This document shows positions 11,555-21,801 of a stretch of DNA of 64,000 bases, in pieces. The translations under genes and the position numbers were made by a program. The DNA is taken from the NCBI GenBank assembly GCA_019058445.1, contig JAHPZA010000005.1, positions 32,001 through 96,000 on the forward strand. The letters are read 5' to 3'. The stretch is from Promethearchaeota archaeon. GTDB lineage: Archaea; Asgardarchaeota; Lokiarchaeia; Sigyniarchaeales; SOKP01. Position 1 is the first letter of the stretch; each line of letters starts with the position of its first letter. The notes beneath the pieces were generated by a model, which had not been told where the DNA came from, did no database searches, and saw nothing but the letters and a program-made list of their open reading frames with translations.

Positions 11555-14239
11555 TTATTTTAGAATAATATTGATTTTTTTAATGTTTTCCCCAGTTTCA
11601 ATAGAGATAAAATTTTCATCAATTATAGTGCGCTCTTTATCTTTCGTAATATCTTGTTGGTTAAATAATACAATTGATTCTTCTTTCCACCACTTAGGCT
11701 TAAAAATTCTAAACTTGAAATCTTGAAAGAATTCTAGATTTAGCTCGATCTTCATCAAATCTATTGAAGATTCTATTGAGAGGATAGGTGAATTAAATTG
11801 AAATTTTAGATCATCTAATTTAGGATGAATAGTTATTGAATCATAATTTGCTTCAATTCCAAGAATTTTGATTACGGATAATAAATAACAAGCGTGCACG
11901 TTGAGATTCATAAGGGGAAAATCGCACATTGGTGTAAGAAGGTGATAAAATGCTTCACCAGCATTTTCAGCATAGTCGGCAATATACGCATCAGGACCAC
12001 TCCAAATTCCATACCAAATATCGGGATATGCGTCTGCTCTCTGGGCAAGAGAATTTTTCTTTAATGAATTATAGGCTTTTTGAGGATCATATTGAGAATA
12101 ACCCCATGTTAACAGTGAATTCATGGCATGCCACACTCCCCCGTTCACGTCCCATCCTTCAGGTAAAATCCTATGTGGAGTTCTCTCAGCAGGAAATGAG
12201 ATGTATTGACCTATAGGGGAGGGTTTATCTAATGTATTGAAAATTTCATTGATTAATGCAGTAGCTCGTTCTTTTTCTAAAATCTTTGAAATTAAGAGCC
12301 AGTTATGGTGTTCCAAGTACATATTTTTATCTCCAATAGGATTATCATTGCCATCCCACCCTCTATAGAACCACTTGCCATTCCAAGTATGAATAACTGC
12401 TTGTTTTAAGTCCTCGTATTTTTCTTTACATAATTTAGCTAAATTTGGATTAAATCTTTCAAATAAAGGAATCGCTTTTGGAATAATATAAAGAGCAAAT
12501 GCTGAATTGAAGTTCGATTCTCCATATTTTATAAACTTCTTGCGATCTTGGACCATTAATGAGATTCCATCGGACCAATCTCCATCATTACACTTGATTA
12601 ATCCATGCTCTCCAAAACCCACCTTTTCTGAAAATAAATAATCGAAAGCAACATATAGCTTTTCAAGGACTGTTGATTCTTTCTTGGGAGGTCTGGAGTA
12701 AAAAGGTATTTTTTCGTGTAGAAAGGCAAAATCCCTTGTTGTATAGATATACTCCAGGATTCCCCATATTAGGAATATATAGAGATCCGAAGGTTTTGCA
12801 TGAACAGATCGGGTATATGTTTTGGCAAATCCATAAATACTGTAAGGTAATTTGCCATCTGGACGCATAAAGGAAATGGCATATGTTAAATACTCTTTAG
12901 CTAATTTAGGATCAATAAAAATTATTGAATTGAGGTATAACATATAATCTCTTATTGCTCCATCAAGCCCGTGTCCGAATAAATACACTGAACCTTGAGG
13001 AAATTTATGCAACCGAAAATACTCGTCGAAGACACAAGAACTTCGGGTATAATAAGAATGCCATCTGGTTTCGCGAGATAACCATGGATCTTTCTCACAG
13101 TTAAGTTCAATGAAGGAGTTTTTCCAGTTTTCAGCATTCCATGCAAGTATTGACGCGTCTGACGTGATTTCTCGATATTTCTCTATTAAAGTGGGTATCT
13201 CCTCTTCTTTACTATATCCGAAGATTAACACAATTTTCTGTACTTCATTTGGTTTTAAATCAATTTCAGTGCCAATTCCAAGACAGGGGTTTTTGATGTT
13301 CCTATGTGCAATTTGTTTTTCGGGAATAGCTGATTTATCCCATGTGAATTTTACATTATTATTTTTATTAATAATATTCTCGGAATTCCAAAAAACTCCT
13401 GTAGCTTTACCATGAATCATCGATAAGAATATTGTTTGGGGATAATAATTGTGTTTGGATGGTTCGTCTGGTTTAGAGGGTGGAGTTTTTTTATACTTTG
13501 GTCTAAGATAAATTGCTTGTGATTTGGAATGATAAGAAGAATTGAAATTAAATTTGTTATCAAACTTTCGCCTTGAACCATCTGTATCAGTTCCGGTAAA
13601 TTTCTGTGAAATCTTAATTAATTTCCCTATTAAATTGAGAATTTTGCTTTTACCAAATTTCTTTCTATTTTTCGCAGTTACCACTAAGGATCTTAATATA
13701 TGAAGCAAATAAATATCCCAAAGATCAAGAACTTTCACATTTTTAATCAATTCACTTTCAGAATTGTTGGAAATAATAATTTCCGAAATCAATACGGGAT
13801 CATCAGAAAAAGGAGTACAAATATTATGAGTTATATCTAAATTTTGTCTTATCATCCTTTTTTGAAAATAGCCAATTCCGAAAATCCGTTCAAAATTATA
13901 TTTCTTATCGGAATTTTCATTATCATATAAATCAGACCATAATACTTGGGAATTTCCTTTGCTAAAAAAAGCAATCCCTCCTCCAAACCTTTTTCTTTTC
14001 TCATTCCTATACGTTAACCATTGGAATCCCCGATTTGATTCTAAAACTTGAACATAACCACCATTATGAACCGTTGCTGTTATCCTATCATTTCCAATTT
14101 GATGAAAATGGTCAGCTGAAAATCCGTATGTAGTAGGAGTTTTAGCTATTGGTTCAATATATTGATTACAAGTATAGTTATATGCCGGTAAATTATAACT
14201 ATCGGTTATCCAATGTCCAAAATTACCATTTCCTTTCAT
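11555..14239 (-). CDS. GH94-like glycoside phosphorylase / (alpha/alpha)6 glycosidase
   Basis: G.IRD, GEHGLI..DGDWSDG catalytic region, WNGKWFYRG and NGGVWH resemble cellobiose/chitobiose phosphorylase relatives. Confidence 0.7.
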   Translation of the reverse strand: MKGNGNFGHWITDSYNLPAYNYTCNQYIEPIAKTPTTYGFSADHFHQIGNDRITATVHNGGYVQVLESNRGFQWLTYRNEKRKRFGGGIAFFSKGNSQVLWSDLYDNENSDKKYNFERIFGIGYFQKRMIRQNLDITHNICTPFSDDPVLISEIIISNNSESELIKNVKVLDLWDIYLLHILRSLVVTAKNRKKFGKSKILNLIGKLIKISQKFTGTDTDGSRRKFDNKFNFNSSYHSKSQAIYLRPKYKKTPPSKPDEPSKHNYYPQTIFLSMIHGKATGVFWNSENIINKNNNVKFTWDKSAIPEKQIAHRNIKNPCLGIGTEIDLKPNEVQKIVLIFGYSKEEEIPTLIEKYREITSDASILAWNAENWKNSFIELNCEKDPWLSRETRWHSYYTRSSCVFDEYFRLHKFPQGSVYLFGHGLDGAIRDYMLYLNSIIFIDPKLAKEYLTYAISFMRPDGKLPYSIYGFAKTYTRSVHAKPSDLYIFLIWGILEYIYTTRDFAFLHEKIPFYSRPPKKESTVLEKLYVAFDYLFSEKVGFGEHGLIKCNDGDWSDGISLMVQDRKKFIKYGESNFNSAFALYIIPKAIPLFERFNPNLAKLCKEKYEDLKQAVIHTWNGKWFYRGWDGNDNPIGDKNMYLEHHNWLLISKILEKERATALINEIFNTLDKPSPIGQYISFPAERTPHRILPEGWDVNGGVWHAMNSLLTWGYSQYDPQKAYNSLKKNSLAQRADAYPDIWYGIWSGPDAYIADYAENAGEAFYHLLTPMCDFPLMNLNVHACYLLSVIKILGIEANYDSITIHPKLDDLKFQFNSPILSIESSIDLMKIELNLEFFQDFKFRIFKPKWWKEESIVLFNQQDITKDKERTIIDENFISIETGENIKKINIILK

Positions 14240-14319
14240 AATTTTAAATCTCTCTTAATCAATAAGTAGAATTTATTATGTCTTATAATAGACGTTTTTA
14301 ATTAACAGGCAAGACTTTC

Positions 14320-14907
14320 CTATTCAATCGTCGCATGCCGTTTATCAATATCTTCTTCTGAAATCTTTAATATTCTAATTAAAGTCCCTCCTATTGAATC
14401 TAATACCGATAGGGCAGAAATATCAAATAGACTAGTGTAAGGGGCTAAGGTTTTTTGAGAAGTGGCTTTATCCTTACTTTTTCCCTCTATTTGTATAGTG
14501 CAATTGGATATTTTACCTATTGAACTACTTACATTACCGGTTAATAAAGCAATTTTTCCACCTATTTTTTTCGCTTTATTAGCAATTGCAACTGGAGAGG
14601 TTGTTTCACCACTACCACTAATTAAGATAAGTAAGTCTTCCTTTGTATATTGATAGGTAACCGCATCGGATACAAAGCAAGAATTAATTCCTAAGTGCAT
14701 TAATCTTTGAGCAAAACAACGTCCAATAAAACCAGACCTACCAGCTCCATAGACAAATACCATATTTTCAGAATCTTTTACATGGAGAATTAAATCGATC
14801 AATTGAAAGATTTTAGTATCGTCAATTATATTCTCATTTTTTTTTACTTGATTCGCAATTTCAGTCATAGTGTTGTGAAAAATGTCTTTAATCTCATCTC
14901 TATCCAT
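14320..14907 (-). CDS. hxlB: 6-phospho-3-hexuloisomerase (SIS domain)
   Basis: VYGAGRSG, FAQRLMHLG, ISGSGET and C-terminal RHATIE are typical of PHI. Confidence 0.85.
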   Translation of the reverse strand: MDRDEIKDIFHNTMTEIANQVKKNENIIDDTKIFQLIDLILHVKDSENMVFVYGAGRSGFIGRCFAQRLMHLGINSCFVSDAVTYQYTKEDLLILISGSGETTSPVAIANKAKKIGGKIALLTGNVSSSIGKISNCTIQIEGKSKDKATSQKTLAPYTSLFDISALSVLDSIGGTLIRILKISEEDIDKRHATIE

Positions 14908-14912
14908 CTTTT

Positions 14913-16157
14913 TTACTCCTCTTTATATTTTTCTGGATTAACACATCTCCGCCATTCTTCTACAGTTTCTTTCGGCCCTAAACCAATAATCAAATCACCT
15001 TCATCAAAAATAAAATCAGGTTTAAAACTATAAATCCATTTATCCTCTCTTTTTAATGCTATAATATGAAAACCTCTTTTATAGCGTTTATCTTGTAGGT
15101 CATGATAAGACTTTCCCCTAAAATAAGAATCCTCAGAAAGATTTTCACGGACGACAATCTCGTCAGTTTCTCGAATTGCTTTTTGTAAAATTCTATGAGG
15201 TTTAAATCCTTTTATTATATTTTCCGCTATATTTGCGGCGGCATCAGCTATTAATTCACATGAAAACACAATTCTCATAATCCCTGTGAGGTCACGTGGA
15301 GATTCAACCAAATGGGCAAAGTCTAAAAGATCCTTTTCAAAGGCAATATTTAGGCCATCCATTAATTCTTCCATTTCCAATATATCTTCTGCGAGTTCAT
15401 AATTATTAAAAAATAAAGATGCTAATGCTAACTCGATCATAGTTTCAGAAATATCAGTTATTTGAACATAAGTTCTTTTAAGTTCAGTTAATTGCTCATA
15501 AACCTCATCATTTTCAAACTTAAAATCAAATTTCTTCTTTTCTTTATCAATTTCAAAGGATAAGGGTTCTTCATCACAGCATAGTTTTTTCAAATCAATT
15601 ATTGGTTCAATTTCACCTTTAATTATTAAAATGTCATTTTCCATTACAAAATTTTCCCTATCGAAAAGCCATCGATCATTCCTTTTTATTGCAATCAAAT
15701 TAACTCCATGTTGAGACCTGAAATGTATTTCCTGTCGGGATTCCCCTATAAATTTGCATCCCTTGGTTACTTTGATTTTGATAATAGGTTCCGGTACGCC
15801 CCAAATTCCAAAAAATTGAGTAAAATCCGTAATATCACTATTAATATATACAACCCTCGCAATATCAGATAAAGCATCGCTGATTTTGTCAATAGAATAA
15901 CCCATAACTACAATTGGTTCTAATCTTTTTGCTTCTTTAATCCCTCCCGCTTGAGTTTGAATGATTTGAAAATTTAAGAGGTAGGTTAACTCATGAATTC
16001 TTCCTTCTAATCTATACGCCTCATCTGCTATTTCTTTGCTTCCGAACTTGATAGCACTATAGGCAATATCAATCATTAAGTCAATATTATGCTTCATTTC
16101 TCTTAGGATGTCCTTAAGGGATATGGGCTTATAGCTAAACTTTTTCTTAGGTTTCAT
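14913..16157 (-). CDS. PhoU + TrkA-C (RCK_C) duplicated-domain protein
   Basis: Two repeats of a PhoU-like helical unit (MIDIAYSA/MIELALAS ... DKISDA/ELIADA), each followed by an RCK_C unit (IAIKR..W...DILII.G). Confidence 0.82.
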   Translation of the reverse strand: MKPKKKFSYKPISLKDILREMKHNIDLMIDIAYSAIKFGSKEIADEAYRLEGRIHELTYLLNFQIIQTQAGGIKEAKRLEPIVVMGYSIDKISDALSDIARVVYINSDITDFTQFFGIWGVPEPIIKIKVTKGCKFIGESRQEIHFRSQHGVNLIAIKRNDRWLFDRENFVMENDILIIKGEIEPIIDLKKLCCDEEPLSFEIDKEKKKFDFKFENDEVYEQLTELKRTYVQITDISETMIELALASLFFNNYELAEDILEMEELMDGLNIAFEKDLLDFAHLVESPRDLTGIMRIVFSCELIADAAANIAENIIKGFKPHRILQKAIRETDEIVVRENLSEDSYFRGKSYHDLQDKRYKRGFHIIALKREDKWIYSFKPDFIFDEGDLIIGLGPKETVEEWRRCVNPEKYKEE

Positions 16158-16194
16158 ATGGTTTTATTCACTCATATTTTTCTATTTTTTGTTT

Positions 16195-16746
16195 CTATAT
16201 AAATATTATGATAAATATAATCAGCAGTAGAGGGGTTAAGAAATCTGCTAAAGATGTCACAAAAGGGATTAAGGTGTTGTTTGGATCTTTTCCCTTTTTG
16301 AATAAGTAAATCGAACTGATTAATAAAAATATAAACAAACAAAAAAACAATGAAAGCGTTGTTAAGATAATTATTAAGATAATTAAAAACGGATTTATTA
16401 TATTAAACCCTGTAGAAATTCCTATCATAAATCCTAATATAATTAAAACTAATAGGCTTAATAAAATCGTAATTAATAATCCAATAAAGTCCTGAAGTAA
16501 TCTTTCAGATTTTTGAACTTTAGGAGGGATTGAACCTATATAGAGGTGAGTTGTTAAACGAGAAGTTAAAACTGTACAAATATCTCCCGTCAAAGAATTG
16601 AGGGAGGGTAATATTAAGAGAATTATAGGAATGGCATAAATTATTTTCTCATTCATAGATAAAATAGTGCCTGAAAGAAGCCCCATAAGTGAGGAAATTA
16701 TAATGATAATGATTGATTCTTTAAAGATCTTTTTAAAATAATCCAT
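16195..16746 (-). CDS. MgtE/SLC41-type divalent cation transporter, membrane half B
   Basis: About 5 TM; motifs PSLNSLTGD and DPNNTLIPFVTSLAD. Confidence 0.8.
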   Translation of the reverse strand: MDYFKKIFKESIIIIIISSLMGLLSGTILSMNEKIIYAIPIILLILPSLNSLTGDICTVLTSRLTTHLYIGSIPPKVQKSERLLQDFIGLLITILLSLLVLIILGFMIGISTGFNIINPFLIILIIILTTLSLFFCLFIFLLISSIYLFKKGKDPNNTLIPFVTSLADFLTPLLLIIFIIIFI

Positions 16747-16747
16747 T

Positions 16748-17302
16748 TTAAGGAACCCCCAACATTAAAAGTGTAAAATAAAAACAGATAACAGTAAAAA
16801 AGTCATCAACAGCAGTCATTATTGGATTTACAATATTATTGGGATTTAATCCGAACCTAAAAGCTAAATAATTCAAGAATGTTGATGTTGGAATTGAAAT
16901 AGAGAGGGTTAAAAGAATTGCAATAATCGGGATTATAATAAGCATTTCCATCGAAAGAATTTTTTTTTTTATTAAAAAAAGATCGAGCATAATACTAAAG
17001 ATTCCAATTAAAATCGCTGTGACAATAGAAAGAGCATAGGTGGAAAGTACGTTTTCTATCCAAGATCTTTTATCAAATTCTCCAATTATTAAATCTTTAG
17101 AGGTTCTAGCTATAAATGGCCCGCTTAAATTTCCTCTCAGTGACAATAAGGCAGGAATTATGAGGATTAATATAATGAAGCTTTTAAAATTTAATAATAT
17201 AAGCGTTAGAATTACACCGGCAAGAATATCTCCGATTATCGAGACGATCTCGGATGGGAACGTTTCTTTGACAATCCTTCCCTTTGTATCTTGGCTTTCC
17301 AT
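16748..17302 (-). CDS. MgtE/SLC41-type divalent cation transporter, membrane half A
   Basis: About 5 TM; motifs PALLSLRGN (PX6GN) and NPNNIVNPIMTAVDD. Confidence 0.8.
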   Translation of the reverse strand: MESQDTKGRIVKETFPSEIVSIIGDILAGVILTLILLNFKSFIILILIIPALLSLRGNLSGPFIARTSKDLIIGEFDKRSWIENVLSTYALSIVTAILIGIFSIMLDLFLIKKKILSMEMLIIIPIIAILLTLSISIPTSTFLNYLAFRFGLNPNNIVNPIMTAVDDFFTVICFYFTLLMLGVP

Positions 17303-17602
17303 CTTACATCATCATCATAATAGAATAAGATTTTGGAATTACTTTCCGGCATAATTTTATAATACTTTTAATTTTGAAATTTATTAAAAATTTCTTAATA
17401 AAGTGTAAGATTTTTTATAGAATTTGAATTCGAGAAGGATATATTATTAAACGAACCGATATGGTAATATGAGTTTTACTACTCAAGCTTTTATATTGAA
17501 CGATAACCTATATTAGGTGAAGTTATAAATATAGAGATCTCATATAAATTAATTATAAGAATCCAATTTCTGGGTAAAATTCATTAACGGAGGTTTAGAA
17601 TT

Positions 17603-18817
17603 ATGACGTATGTAAGGGTTTGGGATCCTCTTGAACGTTTTTTATTTGCAATGGCAATTACATTCCTAGTTATGTGTACATTCCTGTATATTTTAAGAGG
17701 AAAAAAAAGAGAGAATTTTACCGAAAGAATTATGATGTATGGATTTGCTTGTATTTTTATTCATCATGCAATTGGCTTCTTTTTTATTTATTTAAGAGCT
17801 TTTGCAATTCCAGGATTTTACATAGACTTTATATATTATGGTGATTATGAAAAGATTGGTCCAACTTATAAAACCCTCTCTAAATTAGTTTATGTTTCAA
17901 CTGCAGTTACTTATATATTTTTTCTGTTAGCGTTTGAAATAAGTGTCAAACGAACGAAATATATTCTTACAACTATTCAAGTAATAATATCAATAATTAT
18001 AATAATATTACCTTATGAGTCTGCACGTCTTTTTCATCACATAATTTACTATCCATTTAGAACAATTTCACTTATGATTATTTTTTATTTATTTACAAAA
18101 TGGTCAAGGATTGAGTTTAAAGCAGTTTCTTCCTTTTTATTGGTCGGAATTGGTATAATTATGGTGGGTAGCACTTTAGCTAGTCGAGATGTGGTAATGC
18201 TGAATATAGTTCCTTTATACATATATCCTCCATTAATGATTTTAGGGACTTTTATTGCTATTTTACCATTAATCATGGATCCCAAACACTTTTCTAAAGC
18301 TTTATTCTTATGGAAATTAAATGGGGCTATTGTAATCAGCATTTTATGTGGTTTTTACGTCTTTTTTATTTATTACTTTGGCTTTTTCTATTATAATTCA
18401 CTCATTTTAGTACTCTATACTTCGATCTTCTTATATATTTATTATCTTACAATAAGTATTATTAAAAATGAACAACGCTTAGATAGTAAAGATGTATCTA
18501 AAGAAAATATTATAGAAAAAAGGGCGAATATTTTAGGGATTTTTACTAGACCTGAAAAAATTACCGAAGAAGAAGTCTCGATTTCAAAGGAAAAGAAGAT
18601 TTGCTTAGTTTGTAAAGGAAAAGTCTCTGGAATCAATTTCTTATGCCGGGAATGCGAGAGTTTTTATTGTGAAAAATGTTATAATGCTTTGATAGGTATA
18701 GAGAACTTGTGTTGGGCCTGTGATGCCGTACTCGACGAGTCCAAACCTTTTAAACGACTAGAGAAAGAAGAAAAAGAAACCCTGGTCGATGAGAAGGTTC
18801 GTAAGGAAAAACTTTAA
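17603..18817 (+). CDS. Multi-pass membrane protein with C-terminal 8-Cys (C4C4 RING-like) zinc domain
   Basis: About 9 hydrophobic segments followed by CLVC-x10-CREC-x4-CEKC-x10-CWAC. Confidence 0.8.
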   Translation: MTYVRVWDPLERFLFAMAITFLVMCTFLYILRGKKRENFTERIMMYGFACIFIHHAIGFFFIYLRAFAIPGFYIDFIYYGDYEKIGPTYKTLSKLVYVSTAVTYIFFLLAFEISVKRTKYILTTIQVIISIIIIILPYESARLFHHIIYYPFRTISLMIIFYLFTKWSRIEFKAVSSFLLVGIGIIMVGSTLASRDVVMLNIVPLYIYPPLMILGTFIAILPLIMDPKHFSKALFLWKLNGAIVISILCGFYVFFIYYFGFFYYNSLILVLYTSIFLYIYYLTISIIKNEQRLDSKDVSKENIIEKRANILGIFTRPEKITEEEVSISKEKKICLVCKGKVSGINFLCRECESFYCEKCYNALIGIENLCWACDAVLDESKPFKRLEKEEKETLVDEKVRKEKL

Positions 18818-18828
18818 GATATTACCTA

Positions 18829-20022
18829 TTAGATCTCATATTTCATTTTCATTACAAGAGCATTTATAATTAAAATGAAAAGTATTATGATACCCAAAAT
18901 ATAAAACATATTTGCTGAATAAAGTTCAGCGAAATACCCCCCAATGAGGGCGCCTAAGAAATTGCCAAACCATCCGAGACTTAATACTAAACCGAATCCA
19001 AATCCGATTCTTTTCGGGTGTACAAAATTATTCACCGCTGACAATAGTTGGGGATAAATAATATAAAGTAAAAAGCCCACAATGCCAAAAAAAACCAATG
19101 TTATAAACAAATCATTAATATTTAGATAGATGTATAATGTAAAAAGGCAAATTAATAAGCTACTAACTATAATAATGGATTTACTCATCCCGAGCTTCGA
19201 CTTAAAAATCCCCGATGAATAAGCACCTACTACACCAAAAAGGATTGTAAACCCTAATATTAATCCCGAAAATTCGGAGACTATACCGGTTTTTTCAACT
19301 CTAAGATAAGTTGCCAGATTTGTAATTACCATTGTATATGCGGCGGCATAAATGATATAAGTACCAATAATTAAGCCTATTAAAGAGTTCTCGGGTTTGT
19401 TCACTTCATAATTCTCTAAGTTCATATCTAAAATAGTTTGATCTAAGTAGTAATCTTCAAATTTTACATTTCTGAAGTTAACTATAATTATTATAAATAA
19501 AATAAAAGTCATCAATGACCACGTTATCAAAGCGAATTGCCATGTGAAAATGAGAATTATGAGTGCAGATAAAAACACAGCTACACATTTGCCCATGTCT
19601 CCTGCAGCACCTTGACGTCCTAACATAATATCTCTTTCTTCGATAAACATTTTGCTAGTAGTTGCATAAGAAATAGAGTGCTGAAATCCTAAAGCGACAC
19701 CGATGAGGGTAGCGAATATCAATAAACTTATAAAGTCATAAGAAAATATAATTAAAAATGATGCTAAAGCCAAAAGAAATATACCTATTTTTAATAGAAA
19801 TTCGGAATATCTATCCGTGAAATATCCTACAATAACTTGAGATAAAGTCAATGCTAACGCATTAAAGGCAAAAATCACGCCTGTCTGAAACCAGTTTAAA
19901 TTAAACGTTATAAAGAAACTGGCCATTAATATCGGTAATATAAAGGTTAAACCATCATTTAGAAAATGATATGAATAAAGCCGATTCTGGATATAACTTC
20001 GTTTATCTTTATGTGTGCTCAT
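18829..20022 (-). CDS. MFS transporter
   Basis: About 12 TM; N-terminal HFLND and a GYFTDRY loop. Confidence 0.85.
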   Translation of the reverse strand: MSTHKDKRSYIQNRLYSYHFLNDGLTFILPILMASFFITFNLNWFQTGVIFAFNALALTLSQVIVGYFTDRYSEFLLKIGIFLLALASFLIIFSYDFISLLIFATLIGVALGFQHSISYATTSKMFIEERDIMLGRQGAAGDMGKCVAVFLSALIILIFTWQFALITWSLMTFILFIIIIVNFRNVKFEDYYLDQTILDMNLENYEVNKPENSLIGLIIGTYIIYAAAYTMVITNLATYLRVEKTGIVSEFSGLILGFTILFGVVGAYSSGIFKSKLGMSKSIIIVSSLLICLFTLYIYLNINDLFITLVFFGIVGFLLYIIYPQLLSAVNNFVHPKRIGFGFGLVLSLGWFGNFLGALIGGYFAELYSANMFYILGIIILFILIINALVMKMKYEI

Positions 20023-20162
20023 TAAGGTTATAAGCGCTTTATAATATAAAAATTTCTTTTTTTATATCCAAAATTAGAAGTTTAGCTCTAATTTGAATCT
20101 TTAAGTTTTAAATAATAAAAAAAAGTAATAAAAATTTTAAAAAAAATGTCATACAACAATTT

Positions 20163-21449
20163 TTAGGCAAATAGAGCTTCTTCAAAACCCAAAACATATG
20201 CAAAATATAGACAAATAAAAGCTGCGACCATAATAAGTAAGAAAAGTATTATTTTTCCTTTTTTAGTTTGAAAAAACCCACCAGTTTCATCGATCATTTC
20301 TGGACGATTCATATATTTCAAATTAATGGTCTTTGGTTTTCGAATCTCCAATGTGCCCAATTGCATAAATTCACTTGCCCGAATTCTTACGTTATTTACC
20401 CATCTTTCATGATAGTAAGATAAATATACCAGCGTTACTAAAAAGGGTGCTGCGGCACACATACCGATTATAAGAACAAACCACAAAAGAGTTGTGGTAT
20501 ACAATTGAATCGCCAGTTCTGGTCTCGACATTAATTTTGAATAACTCATCTGTTCACCTCCGGTTAACAGAGCAGTTGCCAACTCTTGAGCTAAATTAAA
20601 TACCAAAACAATCCCAAAGAATCCCAGGATTTTACTGATTGGTCCAGTTCTTAAATAATAGCCCAGACGGACAGAGTCCTGATTTTCATTGACTCGGTAT
20701 GCTTGAGTATCTTCCGCTATCCATAATACAGGCATAATAAACGTCAGAATCAGTAAAGTAAATGGACCCATATATATCGTTATATCAATCATCAATTCTT
20801 CGATATTCCAATACCATTCATATTTGGTAATATAAGGGTCATAAATTGCTGACCAAAGAAATGGTGCTGTAATTTGAGCGATTATAACACTCATACCTAT
20901 AGAAATAAATAATACTTCCATAACCCTCTTGATAAAAATCTTTAAATGAACAAAATCACTTCCTAGATCTAAATCTACGGGATAAGCTTCAAGATAATAA
21001 ATATCTTTGGTTCTCATCGGATATCCAAGAAAAATTTCAGTGAATTTTGGTCTCTTTTTCTCTACTGTTTTTCTTAAATATTTCACAATGCTGTTTGAGG
21101 CAATTCGCGAACCAATCTGACCCCACGCTAATATGGGAACTATCGTAATCACAAGAAAAACGAGAGGTACAAAATAATATGGAAAAATGGGATATGTTTC
21201 AAGATCATAATACTCAGGATAAAAAGCCAGCATGTAGAATCCAGTGAAATAAAAGAATTGAATAGAGAATAGTATCGCAAAAATTATAAAAAGAATGATG
21301 CGTCTCTTTTTCGGTACAATTACATCGAATTTGTCATCGGCACTTTCTATATTCAAATGCATGGGTTTTCTTTTATAAAGATAAGCCTCTTTCTCTGAGC
21401 TATTTTCTTTTTCTATATAGTCTTTATTATTGTTTGACATAGGTATCAA
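20163..21449 (-). CDS. Hypothetical multi-pass membrane protein
   Basis: 428-aa ORF with about 7 hydrophobic segments and no family I recognise. Confidence 0.7.
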   Translation of the reverse strand: MIPMSNNNKDYIEKENSSEKEAYLYKRKPMHLNIESADDKFDVIVPKKRRIILFIIFAILFSIQFFYFTGFYMLAFYPEYYDLETYPIFPYYFVPLVFLVITIVPILAWGQIGSRIASNSIVKYLRKTVEKKRPKFTEIFLGYPMRTKDIYYLEAYPVDLDLGSDFVHLKIFIKRVMEVLFISIGMSVIIAQITAPFLWSAIYDPYITKYEWYWNIEELMIDITIYMGPFTLLILTFIMPVLWIAEDTQAYRVNENQDSVRLGYYLRTGPISKILGFFGIVLVFNLAQELATALLTGGEQMSYSKLMSRPELAIQLYTTTLLWFVLIIGMCAAAPFLVTLVYLSYYHERWVNNVRIRASEFMQLGTLEIRKPKTINLKYMNRPEMIDETGGFFQTKKGKIILFLLIMVAAFICLYFAYVLGFEEALFA

Positions 21450-21801
21450 TTAAGATAATTGTCTTTAAAAATTTTTTAGATTCAAAAACCACATTATTAA
21501 TGAAAATGAAAACAGATAAGCATTCATTCTTACTTCAGAAAATCAATACAAGAAAGTATATCTCATAAACATGGGTTGTCTAGTTCATATTAATGTAAAT
21601 ATTTTTAATGCAGTAATGGTTAGAAATAATTTATTTTATCCAATTAGTGTTAATTAAGATTTAATTAATAAATAACTCCAATTGCCTCAATTTAAGGGAA
21701 AGTAAATATATTCATAATTGAAATATTAAAAGACGCTCTTGAATAAAAACATAAATTGGTAAGATTTTATTAAAATCAAAAGCTTTTCAATCTCTAGTTT
21801 T

